Shown: positions 20,635 to 30,206 of the stretch, piece by piece
Layout: each line of letters begins with the position of its first letter
Position numbering within the stretch: position 1 is the first letter of the stretch
Assembly (NCBI GenBank): GCA_014376805.1
Contig: JACMQU010000118.1
Coordinates: 10,212-74,211 of the forward strand
Reading direction: 5' to 3'
DNA from: Bacteroidia bacterium
GTDB taxonomy: Bacteria; Bacteroidota; Bacteroidia; UKL13-3
Length of the DNA: 64,000 bases
Position numbers and translations under genes: made by a program
Notes under the pieces: generated by a model
The model's database searches: none
What the model was told of the DNA's origin: nothing
What the model saw: only the letters and a program-made list of their open reading frames with translations

Positions 20635-20694
20635 TATAAAAAAGTGAGGGTTTACAGGGCACACGATCCAATCATAAAGGTGTACCCCCCAACA

Positions 20695-22128
20695 TCATTC
20701 CCATCCACCTCCCAGCGCCTGATATACATTCACTCTTGCATGCATCTGCTTTAGCTTGGTATCTATTAACTCAAAGCGCGATTCTAAGGCGTCGCGTTGG
20801 GTCATGAGCACTTCCATGTAGTCGGCGCGGGCTGATTTGAAGAGGGCGGTGGAGATGTCGATGGAGCGCGTGAGGGCTTGCACCTGGCGGTCGCGCAGCT
20901 CGTAGCTTTTTTGTAAGTTCTGTATGTTGGAGAGTTGGTTGGCTACTTCTATATATGCCCTTAATATGGTTTGCTCGTAATTGTATACGTCCTGAATTTG
21001 CCTTGCGTTGGCGCTATAGTAATAGGCTTTTATGGCATTCCGGTTTATAACAGGTGCCACTAAATTACCGGCAATAGAATACAACATAGATTGTGGTGTG
21101 CCCAACAAAAAACGTGGGTTGAATGACTGGAAGCCAACTCCAGCGTTGATTACCAAGGATGGATAAAAATTTGCCCTGGCTACTTTAACATCTATTTTTG
21201 CTGCTCTCAGTTCAAGTTCTGCACGCCTTATATCCGGACGGTGTTGCAAAAGCTGTGAGGGTATACCGGCATGGATGGAGTCGAACACAAAACTTGTAAA
21301 TATTTGCGAGTTTCTTGATACCGGTTGCGGAAATCTGCCGGTAAGAAAGTTAATCTTGTTTTCTTTTTCGGTTATCATCTGCATGATATTAAACTGCATG
21401 CTTTGATTTTTAAGCACCTCGGCTTCAAACTTACGTACCGCTAATTCGGTTACTTTTGCCGAAGCCTTTTCAAGCTTTACAATTTCAAGCGCATTCTGTT
21501 GTATTTCAATATTCCTTTTTAGTATTTCTAACTGGTTGTCTAATGCCATCAACTCATAATATGCAGTGGCTAATCCGGCAACCAGGTTAGTCACCATAAA
21601 GTTCCTGCCTTCAATAGTTGAAAGGTACCTGTATATAGCCGACTTCCTTGCATTGCGCAACTTCTTCCATATATCTACTTCCCATGTGGCTGTAGCTGCC
21701 AGCATAAAGTCGGGGAGGGGATCAGGAAAATTTTTGCCTGGTTCAATGTTTAAGTTTTGTTCAACCGCACCTTGGCGTGTATAACGACCAACCTTTTCGA
21801 GGCCTGCTCCACTTATAATGTTTATAAAGGGTAAGTACTGACCTTTACGTGCCCTTACTTCATTCCTGGCAATGTTAATTTCCTGCAACATGATGGCAAA
21901 CTCCTGGTTGTTTTGCAGGGCAGAATCTATTAATGCTGCCAAGTATGGATCAGTAAAAAACTGCTTCCATTTTATCCTTGCGGTATTGCTACTGTCGCTA
22001 GAATTGTTATATGTTGTTGGTACATTTTTATTTTCAGTTATGCGGCCCATAAAAGGCATGCGGCATGAATCTGCTATAAGTATTATAAGCGCAAGCAACG
22101 TATAAGTGAATATTTTTTTAGTGCTCAT
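20695..22128 (-). CDS. Efflux outer-membrane lipoprotein, TolC/NodT family
   Basis: 477 aa with a lipobox (LIADSC), two OEP repeats and a C-terminal YQALGGGW motif. It overlaps the RND gene by 11 nt. Confidence 0.9.
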   Translation of the reverse strand: MSTKKIFTYTLLALIILIADSCRMPFMGRITENKNVPTTYNNSSDSSNTARIKWKQFFTDPYLAALIDSALQNNQEFAIMLQEINIARNEVRARKGQYLPFINIISGAGLEKVGRYTRQGAVEQNLNIEPGKNFPDPLPDFMLAATATWEVDIWKKLRNARKSAIYRYLSTIEGRNFMVTNLVAGLATAYYELMALDNQLEILKRNIEIQQNALEIVKLEKASAKVTELAVRKFEAEVLKNQSMQFNIMQMITEKENKINFLTGRFPQPVSRNSQIFTSFVFDSIHAGIPSQLLQHRPDIRRAELELRAAKIDVKVARANFYPSLVINAGVGFQSFNPRFLLGTPQSMLYSIAGNLVAPVINRNAIKAYYYSANARQIQDVYNYEQTILRAYIEVANQLSNIQNLQKSYELRDRQVQALTRSIDISTALFKSARADYMEVLMTQRDALESRFELIDTKLKQMHARVNVYQALGGGWE

Positions 22129-25100
22129 TTTGTTTGATCTCTTCTAATGTTGGAAATTTATCTATTGAATGAACAAAATCTTCTGTCAGCGAATTTTCAT
22201 CTTCGTCTTTGATGAGTTTCCTGCCTTCTGCAAGTCCCGCGAATATGTAGTACAATCCGGGCACTATCACTACCCCGAAGATTGTACCAAACAGCATTCC
22301 TCCTAAGGCTGTTGAACCAATGGTTTGATTGCCTATTGCACCTGCACCATGCGAAATAATCAATGGGATCAAACCGGCAATAAACGCGAATGAGGTCATA
22401 AGAATCGGTCTGAACCTAACCTTTGCCCCTTCAATGGCTGCTTCAAGAACTGTATATCCTTCCTTTTGTTTTTGCATGGCAAACTCAACAATCAACACAG
22501 CATTTTTACCTAATAAACCCACCAGCATTACCAGACCTACCTGTGCATAAATATCATTGGCCAGGCCCATTAATTTCAACAATAGAAATGAACCGAATAC
22601 ACCGGCTGGCAGAGAAAAAATAACCGCCAATGGTATGAGGAAACTTTCATACTGAGCGGCAAGTACAAAATAAACAAAGGCCAGCACAATCAGGAAAATA
22701 TAAAGCGCTTCATTGCCACGCATGGTCTCATCTTTTGATAAGGCTGCCCAATCTATATCAAAGCCTTTTGGCAATGTTCTTTTGGCAACATCCTGTATTA
22801 CTTTAATCGCTTCGCCACTGCTGTAACCTTTGGCAGGTGCGCCTCTTATGGCAGCGGTATTGTACATGTTATAGCGGTTAATTTCATTGGCGCCCTGAGA
22901 TTTTTTAATCTTCATGAAAGCAGAAAACGGAACCATCTCATCATGGTTGTTTTTAGCGTAGAGGTTCAGCACATCACCGGGTAATTTTCTATACTCAGGT
23001 GCGGCTTGTACAAACACTTTAAAGAAGCGTTGAAATTTAATGAAACCGAGTTCATAAGTACTACCAACAAATATTGAAAGAGTGTTCATTGCATTGCCAA
23101 TTGAAACACCTTTTTGCATAGCGAGTTCATTGTCAATTTCAATTTCGTATTGCGGATAGTTAGCACTAAAAAAAGTGAACAACCCGGTAAGCTCTTTTTG
23201 CTTTTTGAGTTCAGCCATAAACGCATCACTTACCTTTTCAAGTTGCTTGTAATCGCCGCTATTTGTTTTGTCGAGCAATTGCAAAGCAAAGCCCCCGGCA
23301 GCACCATAACCGGGCACTGCAGGCGGATCAAAGAACTCGATGGTAGCACCGGGTATCACTTTCGCTTTTTCTTCCAGCTCATAAATAATTTCATTCACCG
23401 TATGCTTGCGGTCCGACCATGGCTTAAGGTTTATCAGGCAGGTACCGGCGTTTGATCCACGACCTTCTGTTAACACCTCATAACCGGCAATTGATGATAC
23501 CGATTGAACGCCATCTGTTTTTTGTATAATCTGTTCTAACTGCCGCGAAATATCATTTGTTCTTTCAAGGGTTGATCCGGGAGGAGTTTGAATGATGGCA
23601 TAAATCATACCCTGGTCTTCACTTGGAATAAAGCCTGTTGGGAGTGTTGTTGATACACCTAAGATTCCTAGTCCGAAGATGAGCAGTATAGTGAAGGTGA
23701 CAACTTTCCTGTTTACAATAAGCCTGAGCAAGCCAACATATTTACCGGTAAGTTTTTCAAATACATTGTTAAAACTATCTAAGAATCGGTTCAGCCATGT
23801 TTTCTTTTTGGGTTTTCCATGGTTGTTTTTTAAGATCATGGCGCAGAGCACCGGAGTAAGGGTAAGCGCCACAAAGCCGGAGATGACAATAGATGTAGCC
23901 ATAGTGATAGCAAACTGCCGGTAAAATATTCCTACAGGACCGGTCATAAAAGCTACAGGAACAAATACCGCAGTCATTAATAATGTGATGGCTATAACCG
24001 CACCGCTAATCTCGCCAATTACTTTCCTCACGGCATTATAAGGCGAGAGGTTCTCTGATTCCATTTTGGCATGTACTGCCTCCACTACCACAATGGCATC
24101 ATCTACCACGATCCCAATGGCCAAAACCAGGGCAAATAATGTAATCATGTTTATGGTAAGTCCGAAGAGTTGCATAAACATAAAAGCACCAATAAGCGAA
24201 ACCGGAACAGCCAGCGTTGGAATAAGTGTTGAACGCCAGTCGCCGAGAAAAAGGAATACCACCAACGCAACTAATATAAATGCATCTCGTAAAGTATGCA
24301 GTACATTTTCGGTTGATGCATTCAGGAAATTAGAAACATCATAACTGATTTCATAATCCATGCCCGGGGGAAATGTTTTCTTAAGTTCATCAAGCTTCTC
24401 TTTTACCTTTTCAATCACCTCGCTTGCATTACTTCCATAAGTTTGTTTGAGTACAATGGCTGCAGAAGGGTTGCCGTTAAGGTTCGAATAAATATCATAA
24501 TATTCGCTGCCAAGGTCAACAGTGGCCACATCTTTTAAACGCAGAATTTCTCCTTGTGGGTTGGCCCTCAGAATAACATTTTCATATTGTTTGGCATCAT
24601 TAAACCTGTCTGAATAGGCCAATACATACTCTAATGCTTCGGCCCTGTTGCCATCGCCACGACCAATTCGTCCGGGCTTACCAATGATACTCTGGTCGCT
24701 TAACGATTGCATTACTTCATCCGGTGAAATTTTGTACGCACGCATTCTATCCGGGTTCAACCAAACCCGCATGGCATACTGGCGGCTACCTAATATTTTT
24801 GCCTGACCAATACCGTTGATGCGTTGCAGCTCCGGGATCATGTTAACACCCGCGTAATTAAACAAAAACTTCATGTTGGCATTGGCATCTTTGCTATAAA
24901 GATTTACGTACATGAGCATGCTTGGCATAATGGGCGTAATGATTACCCCTTCGCGTTGAACCAATGCAGGCAGCCTGTTTAATACCTGCTGCACCCGGTT
25001 TGAAACCTGCACCAAAGCCTGATCGGGATCGGTGCCCAGGTTAAATACAATTTGTATATTGGCTTCACCGGCGCTGGTGGCATCAGAGGTCATGTACTTC

Positions 25101-25324
25101 ATTCCCCATGCACCGTTTATAGATTGTTCTAAAGGTATGATAACAGACTCGGCTAAAGATTTGGCAGAAGCACCAGGGAAGGATGCGGTAACCATTACCA
25201 TAGGTGGCGCAATGGCAGGAAACTGAGAGGTGGGTAAAGTTTTTATAGCCAGTACACCCATAAAAATAATCACGAGCGATAATACAATGGCTAATACAGG
25301 CCGCTTAATAAATTTATTAAACAT
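22118..25324 (-). CDS. RND (HAE1/AcrB-type) efflux permease
   Basis: 1068 aa. The N-terminus MFNKFIKRPVLAIVLSLVIIFMG, the 12-TM layout and the VVDDAIVVVE motif are present. Confidence 0.95.
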   Translation of the reverse strand: MFNKFIKRPVLAIVLSLVIIFMGVLAIKTLPTSQFPAIAPPMVMVTASFPGASAKSLAESVIIPLEQSINGAWGMKYMTSDATSAGEANIQIVFNLGTDPDQALVQVSNRVQQVLNRLPALVQREGVIITPIMPSMLMYVNLYSKDANANMKFLFNYAGVNMIPELQRINGIGQAKILGSRQYAMRVWLNPDRMRAYKISPDEVMQSLSDQSIIGKPGRIGRGDGNRAEALEYVLAYSDRFNDAKQYENVILRANPQGEILRLKDVATVDLGSEYYDIYSNLNGNPSAAIVLKQTYGSNASEVIEKVKEKLDELKKTFPPGMDYEISYDVSNFLNASTENVLHTLRDAFILVALVVFLFLGDWRSTLIPTLAVPVSLIGAFMFMQLFGLTINMITLFALVLAIGIVVDDAIVVVEAVHAKMESENLSPYNAVRKVIGEISGAVIAITLLMTAVFVPVAFMTGPVGIFYRQFAITMATSIVISGFVALTLTPVLCAMILKNNHGKPKKKTWLNRFLDSFNNVFEKLTGKYVGLLRLIVNRKVVTFTILLIFGLGILGVSTTLPTGFIPSEDQGMIYAIIQTPPGSTLERTNDISRQLEQIIQKTDGVQSVSSIAGYEVLTEGRGSNAGTCLINLKPWSDRKHTVNEIIYELEEKAKVIPGATIEFFDPPAVPGYGAAGGFALQLLDKTNSGDYKQLEKVSDAFMAELKKQKELTGLFTFFSANYPQYEIEIDNELAMQKGVSIGNAMNTLSIFVGSTYELGFIKFQRFFKVFVQAAPEYRKLPGDVLNLYAKNNHDEMVPFSAFMKIKKSQGANEINRYNMYNTAAIRGAPAKGYSSGEAIKVIQDVAKRTLPKGFDIDWAALSKDETMRGNEALYIFLIVLAFVYFVLAAQYESFLIPLAVIFSLPAGVFGSFLLLKLMGLANDIYAQVGLVMLVGLLGKNAVLIVEFAMQKQKEGYTVLEAAIEGAKVRFRPILMTSFAFIAGLIPLIISHGAGAIGNQTIGSTALGGMLFGTIFGVVIVPGLYYIFAGLAEGRKLIKDEDENSLTEDFVHSIDKFPTLEEIKQNEH

Positions 25325-25350
25325 ATTTTAATTTTCTCCTGATAATTGAG

Positions 25351-26439
25351 TTATTCAACATAAACTTTTAAGTTAGCAATAACCTTGTCAGGGTCTTCAT
25401 AATCAAAGGCAATTTTATCACCGTCGCGCACCTTCCTGATACCCTCCAGCAGTATGTTCTCGCCACTTTTTAAGCCAATGCTCACTACATACAAATCGGG
25501 CATTTCGGCGGCAATGGTAATTTCGCGCGAGTGCACCACATTGTTTCTATCAACCACATATACATACTTCTTTTCCAGTATTTCAAAGGTTGCCTTTTGC
25601 GGAATAATCAATGCACCTTGTAAGGGAATATCCATTTGAATATTGCCTGTTTCGCCATGCCTTAACAGACTTTTAGGATTTGGAAAAGTTGCTCTGAAAG
25701 CGATGTTACCTGTTTCGTTATTGAAGTCGGCTTCAATGGTTTTAACTATGCCCGCATATTCAAAGCGATGGTGGTTTGCCATCATCAGGTTTACTATTTG
25801 CAGACGTTCTTTTTGATGTTTTGTTCTATAGTCGAGGTATTCGGCTTCGGGCACATTAAAATACACCCACATTTCGCTGTTATCAGAAATGGTTGTAAGT
25901 AAATCTCCTTCAGAAACAAGGCTACCTTCACGCACATAAAAACGGTCCATGATGCCATCAAAAGGTGCCTTAATTTCTGTAAATCCCAAGTGTACATCGG
26001 CCAATGAAAGTTTGGCGCGTGCAGCATTGTACTTGGCTTTGGCCATGGCCAGTTCGTTAACCGAAACTACATTGCTATCGGCAAGAGCCTTTGTATTTTT
26101 ATATTCGATATCGGCAAAATCTGTTTCGGCCTGAGCCATTTCGCGTTCTGCCTGGTAAAGCATCGGCATAATCTGGAACATCTTCTGGCCTTTTCTAACA
26201 AACTGTCCCTCGTCTACATAAATTTTCTGCAAATAACCTCTTTCAAGCGCTCTTAATTCTATGTGTTGCACCGACTTAATCTGGCATACATAATCGCGTG
26301 TTACGGTAGTATCTTTTTTGAGTACACTGGTAACCAAAAATTTCGCTTCCTCTCCCTTTTCCTTCGCCTCTTTGTTTGATTTACAGCCATAATTGCATAA
26401 AAATGCGCAGAGGCTTAATAACATGAGTGTTCTTCTCAT
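25351..26439 (-). CDS. RND efflux periplasmic adaptor (membrane fusion protein)
   Basis: 362 aa lipoprotein (LCNYGC) with HlyD/biotinyl-lipoyl-like and coiled-coil segments, in an operon with the RND pump. Confidence 0.9.
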   Translation of the reverse strand: MRRTLMLLSLCAFLCNYGCKSNKEAKEKGEEAKFLVTSVLKKDTTVTRDYVCQIKSVQHIELRALERGYLQKIYVDEGQFVRKGQKMFQIMPMLYQAEREMAQAETDFADIEYKNTKALADSNVVSVNELAMAKAKYNAARAKLSLADVHLGFTEIKAPFDGIMDRFYVREGSLVSEGDLLTTISDNSEMWVYFNVPEAEYLDYRTKHQKERLQIVNLMMANHHRFEYAGIVKTIEADFNNETGNIAFRATFPNPKSLLRHGETGNIQMDIPLQGALIIPQKATFEILEKKYVYVVDRNNVVHSREITIAAEMPDLYVVSIGLKSGENILLEGIRKVRDGDKIAFDYEDPDKVIANLKVYVE

Positions 26440-26587
26440 TGTAACTTTAATTTTAAACAGTAATAAATTGTAATAATTGATTGTAAATGTCTACCCTAAT
26501 AGCAGAATGTATGAACTGATATGTTCATAAACCACAAGGCCGCATAGAACTACAAGCCCAGCTGTGTCCGATTAATCTGCAGGTGTA

Positions 26588-27010
26588 TCAGGTTCTGATA
26601 ACTTTAAGTGAGAGGTATCTGTTTGTTGTATAATAAGAAAAACTGCTCGTGTAATGCTCCGTATTAATACCCGACTGAATGTTGGCAGGAGCTAATGGAT
26701 ATATTGTTTTAGAATGAACCGAGGTGATGTATTTGAGCTGGATATCGGCATCATCATCCGTATTTTCTTCGCAGAGATACATTGCTATGCATGCATACTT
26801 TTTTTCACCTGAGCCGGTTGGTTCAAAATACCTTCTCCTTTTTTTTGCAAAGCTATTGAGGTGTGATTTAACCATACCATGCTGAACGGTGTTTACAGAA
26901 GAAATGATGAAATAATTTTCAAATAAAATTCTACCAATAAAAACTGTACACAGTAATATAGCAATATTTATCGTCGCCCTAATTTTCATATTCATCTCTA
27001 AAAGCGCCAC
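26588..27010 (-). CDS. Hypothetical membrane-anchored protein (about 135-140 aa)
   Basis: An ORF with one N-terminal hydrophobic helix (INIAILLCTVFIGRILF), upstream of and co-oriented with the RND operon. No family recognised and the start is uncertain. Confidence 0.35.
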   Translation of the reverse strand: MALLEMNMKIRATINIAILLCTVFIGRILFENYFIISSVNTVQHGMVKSHLNSFAKKRRRYFEPTGSGEKKYACIAMYLCEENTDDDADIQLKYITSVHSKTIYPLAPANIQSGINTEHYTSSFSYYTTNRYLSLKVIRT

Positions 27011-27432
27011 AAAAATATAGACCGCCTAAGAACTCACCAAATGGTGGCTTGAAATTTAAGGTCATTTTAATTAGAGAAAGGGAGGGTATTATGGGCATGG
27101 AGCGTGGGGCAATTTGCTGATGGATAAGTTATAGGTAATGGAGATGTGGAGTGGGAGAAGGTTAAAGGGTAGGAAGGTATGAGGGTTAGAAGGTAAGAAG
27201 GTATGAGAAAAGGACAGTGTGGCTTGTTAATGGTTAATGTTATCAGCATTTACAACCATTTAAAACTATTTTGTACTCAAAATTAATACAATATCAAATT
27301 TGTGTTTGCCGATTATTATTATAATTTTTACATACTTTAATGTGTAAGGCTTTTTAACAATTTATTTTATAAGCTTTTAACGCAAACAACAATATGGCCA
27401 AACATATTATCGAACAAAATATATTTTACATT

Positions 27433-27717
27433 ATGAATAATCTTACAATCTTTTTTACGCTAACAGTTGCTACGCTGTTCTTAGGTTGCAACAAATCACC
27501 TGTTGAAAAAAGCCAAATGGTAAATTCTGTTATTGGCGACATCAGTTTTGTTTGCAAGTTTGGTTGCGAACCTGATGCATCAACAGACAATAAGCTTAGA
27601 ATAAAAACTCATCTGGAGTATGTTGAAAATTTACTTAGAAATAAAGATGTGGCTTGCCTTTCAGTTGAACTTAAAAAGAAACGCAGACATCTGTTAGACC
27701 TGCTTCATCAGTATTGA
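27433..27717 (+). CDS. Lipoprotein fragment (N-terminal part of a gene split by an in-frame TGA)
   Basis: The ATG at 27433 gives MNNLTIFFTLTVATLFLGC (lipobox). It ends ..HLLDLLHQY at TGA 27715..27717, which is in frame with the next ORF. Confidence 0.55.
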   Translation: MNNLTIFFTLTVATLFLGCNKSPVEKSQMVNSVIGDISFVCKFGCEPDASTDNKLRIKTHLEYVENLLRNKDVACLSVELKKKRRHLLDLLHQY

Positions 27718-28386
27718 ATGAATGGAATATTCCCGTCAAATTACGACTATACAGACCAACGAAAACCTTGCTTCATTGATAAGGACGGAACTATTTGTGC
27801 AGTGGGTTATCTGGTAGCGCAAACCGCAGGCCAACAAATTGCAGACAACATTAATAGCATGCATAAATATGCTGAACTTTTAGTAATGAATAACGCTTCA
27901 CTTAATACCTGGGTTTTAACAAACGGACTTACAAAAGAAGAATGTGCAATGATACAACCTACTTATGGTTTAACACCGGTATATTCATACAATCATATTG
28001 CACCTGAATATGGCGTTTCATCTGCTATTATTAGTGCACTAAATCTTTCATTTAATACAGTTAATGGAATTAATATTGGAAAAGGTACAACCAACAAAAT
28101 TCTTCCGGTTATTGGACTTATAACCGGTGCAGGACAAATTGCATTTGGCTCAGTAATGTTTCCAATAGAGCAAACGGCTTTGGGCGGAATAAACTACACA
28201 AATGAAAGTCAAAAAACACTTTCATTTGTAAACATTGGAATTGGAACAACGACAATGATTTTAAGTGCATGGAATTTAATAGCTAACAGTAAACAAAAAT
28301 TCAAATTAACGAGTTGGAACTTTTACAGCATTCCCACACAAGCCAACAATACAGGTATGGCATTCAGCTTGACACGAAAATTTTAA
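27718..28386 (+). CDS. C-terminal part of the same gene (FID..G..CAVGYL domain plus hydrophobic C-terminal helices)
   Basis: It starts at the codon immediately after the TGA, in the same frame (27718-27394 = 324 nt). It reads MNGIFPSNYDYTDQRKPCFIDKDGTICAVGYLVAQ..., and the C-terminal third has 2-3 hydrophobic segments. Confidence 0.55.
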   Translation: MNGIFPSNYDYTDQRKPCFIDKDGTICAVGYLVAQTAGQQIADNINSMHKYAELLVMNNASLNTWVLTNGLTKEECAMIQPTYGLTPVYSYNHIAPEYGVSSAIISALNLSFNTVNGINIGKGTTNKILPVIGLITGAGQIAFGSVMFPIEQTALGGINYTNESQKTLSFVNIGIGTTTMILSAWNLIANSKQKFKLTSWNFYSIPTQANNTGMAFSLTRKF

Positions 28387-28809
28387 CAAAAACACAGCGT
28401 AACAGAATTTTTTACACGCCAAGGATCAACAATCTATACCCATTTGTATGAAGACATCGCTTTAAAGATGAAATGCGGATAATATAAAATATTTAAAATA
28501 ACGAAGGATTAAAACCTTGATTACACGCCTAAAACATACCGTTCAAAATTAGCGAAGGCGCCATCTTTGATAGCATGCAAAATCTATAATTGGGCAATCG
28601 CTAAGTATTGGTGTTTTTATAATTATTACGCATCGAAAACATCCTAAAAACTGCTTTTATTACGCCTGTTAAAAATGGTGTGTATTTCTGTAATATATAA
28701 AGGCAGTAGTGTTCCACATCCAAAAAATTTCTTTTCTTCGCGAAACAACCGCCAATTCCTTATCTTTACAAAAAGGGTTTTAGTATATTAACTTTAAAAA
28801 CAATTCATA

Positions 28810-29130
28810 ATGAAAACAAGAATTAAATTCATTACAAAAACTTTAGCCATCATTACCATCGCTTTTATTTCATCGTGCACAAAGACACCTGAAGCTTGTT
28901 TTACGGTAGATAAAGGAAAGACTGCGAAACTTAATGAAGAAGTACAATTTAATGCAACCTGCTGTAATAATGCTGACACTTACACCTGGGATTATGGAGA
29001 TGGTACAACAGGGAGTGGTTCTTTAACAAAACATAAATATCCAATAGCGGCAAATTATGTTGTTAAATTAACAGCAGGTAATAAAAGTAAATCTGCAACT
29101 ATCAGTCAGGATTTAACAATAACACCTTGA
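28810..29130 (+). CDS. PKD-domain lipoprotein
   Basis: 106 aa with the lipobox AFISSC and the PKD signature ..TYTWDYGDGTTGSG...KHKYPIAANYVVKLTA.. Confidence 0.75.
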   Translation: MKTRIKFITKTLAIITIAFISSCTKTPEACFTVDKGKTAKLNEEVQFNATCCNNADTYTWDYGDGTTGSGSLTKHKYPIAANYVVKLTAGNKSKSATISQDLTITP

Positions 29131-29171
29131 CAGGATAATGTTAAAACGTAAATGATCTTACAACAGTAAAA

Positions 29172-30206
29172 ATGCAAAAACTTATTTACCTTTCGCTCAT
29201 TGCGTACTTTCTGACAGCAGCTTGTAAGAAAGACAAATTTATCTCTGCTAATAAAACCCTGCCATTTGAGAACGACAAACTTAAACTTGAACTTGTAACG
29301 GCTTCTGCCCCTTCATTTATCAGAGACATTTTTTTCTTTAATTCCGAGACTGGTGTTGCCGTTTCTTATGACGGTAAAATTTACAAGACGACTGACAACG
29401 GCTTAAGCTGGAGTATGAAATATACCAACCCGACAGCAAACCAACCGTTTTACCAAATTCTATTTACTAATGCAACTGTTGGCTATGTAGTTGGTGGTTC
29501 TAATTCATGCGGTGGAACAGGTTGCGTGCCCCCCGGCGGACTTATATTAAAGACCACTGACGGTGGAGAAACATGGGCAACTATTTTGCGATCACCTAGT
29601 ATTGAATTTATATCTATTGCTACAAATAGTTTAGGCCACTTATTTGTAATCTCGAATGGTACAAAAGGACGAATACACAAAAGCTCAAATGCGGGTATAA
29701 ACTGGTTAACAATTGACAGCGTTAATTTTTATTTACAGAAAATAAATTTTAATGGTGGCTTCGGTTTTTGTACAGGTACTAATGGTAAAATAATACGCAG
29801 CAGCGATACTGGTACAACATGGATTTTAACAACAACACTGACCGCAAATTACGCAACTGATATTAAGTTTATAAATGGAGATGGTTATTGCATTGCAGAC
29901 AATCAAACAGTTTATAAAACCACTGACAATGGAAATAACTGGAGTCAAATCCTAAATCACCAAAGCGGTTCTTATGTTCTCAATCCATTGACAGCAAACA
30001 CTTGTTTAGTTTTCAGTGCCGCTGCTTATTCCGGGGGATGCTTCGGAAATTGGAGCGGTAAAATTATACAAACTACAAACGGAGGTGCCAACTGGACGGA
30101 AACAGAGATAAATGAAATTGAACCTATACGATATACAAGCTTTTATTCAGCCACAGAAGGATATGCAGCAGCAGGTAACAAGCTGATAAAAATAACTATA
30201 AAATAA
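29172..30206 (+). CDS. BNR/Asp-box repeat beta-propeller lipoprotein (Ycf48/sortilin-like)
   Basis: Lipobox LTAAC and six Asp-box motifs: TTDNGLSW, TTDGGETW, SSNAGINW, SSDTGTTW, TTDNGNNW, TTNGGANW. Confidence 0.78.
   Translation: MQKLIYLSLIAYFLTAACKKDKFISANKTLPFENDKLKLELVTASAPSFIRDIFFFNSETGVAVSYDGKIYKTTDNGLSWSMKYTNPTANQPFYQILFTNATVGYVVGGSNSCGGTGCVPPGGLILKTTDGGETWATILRSPSIEFISIATNSLGHLFVISNGTKGRIHKSSNAGINWLTIDSVNFYLQKINFNGGFGFCTGTNGKIIRSSDTGTTWILTTTLTANYATDIKFINGDGYCIADNQTVYKTTDNGNNWSQILNHQSGSYVLNPLTANTCLVFSAAAYSGGCFGNWSGKIIQTTNGGANWTETEINEIEPIRYTSFYSATEGYAAAGNKLIKITIK

Noticed and set aside
22118-25324. Several ORFs of 60-113 aa lie antisense to the RND permease gene (for example 23114..23455, 23679..23924, 24066..24344). 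Similar antisense ORFs lie inside nnr (33207..33608), the epimerase gene (35938..36357), amn (42937..43368) and dnaK (23..433).
   Set aside because: Each lies wholly inside a strongly supported gene on the opposite strand. Their composition is low-complexity or biased, and they have no start-site context. They are typical shadow ORFs.
27715-27717. I considered whether the in-frame TGA encodes selenocysteine or reflects a genetic-code reassignment.
   Set aside because: TGA is used as an ordinary stop elsewhere in the window, for example in the RluA-family gene at 4127..4129. I see no SECIS-like hairpin immediately downstream, and no sel genes are present. A nonsense mutation or a split gene is the simpler explanation.
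28412-28529. The exact 9-mer TTACACGCC occurs twice, 109 bp apart, with related TTACGC(C) motifs at about 28626 and 28660. I considered these as possible operator sites upstream of the PKD lipoprotein gene.
   Set aside because: A single repeated 9-mer within about 400 bp of intergenic DNA is not clearly beyond chance. The flanks do not align convincingly, and there is no dyad symmetry.
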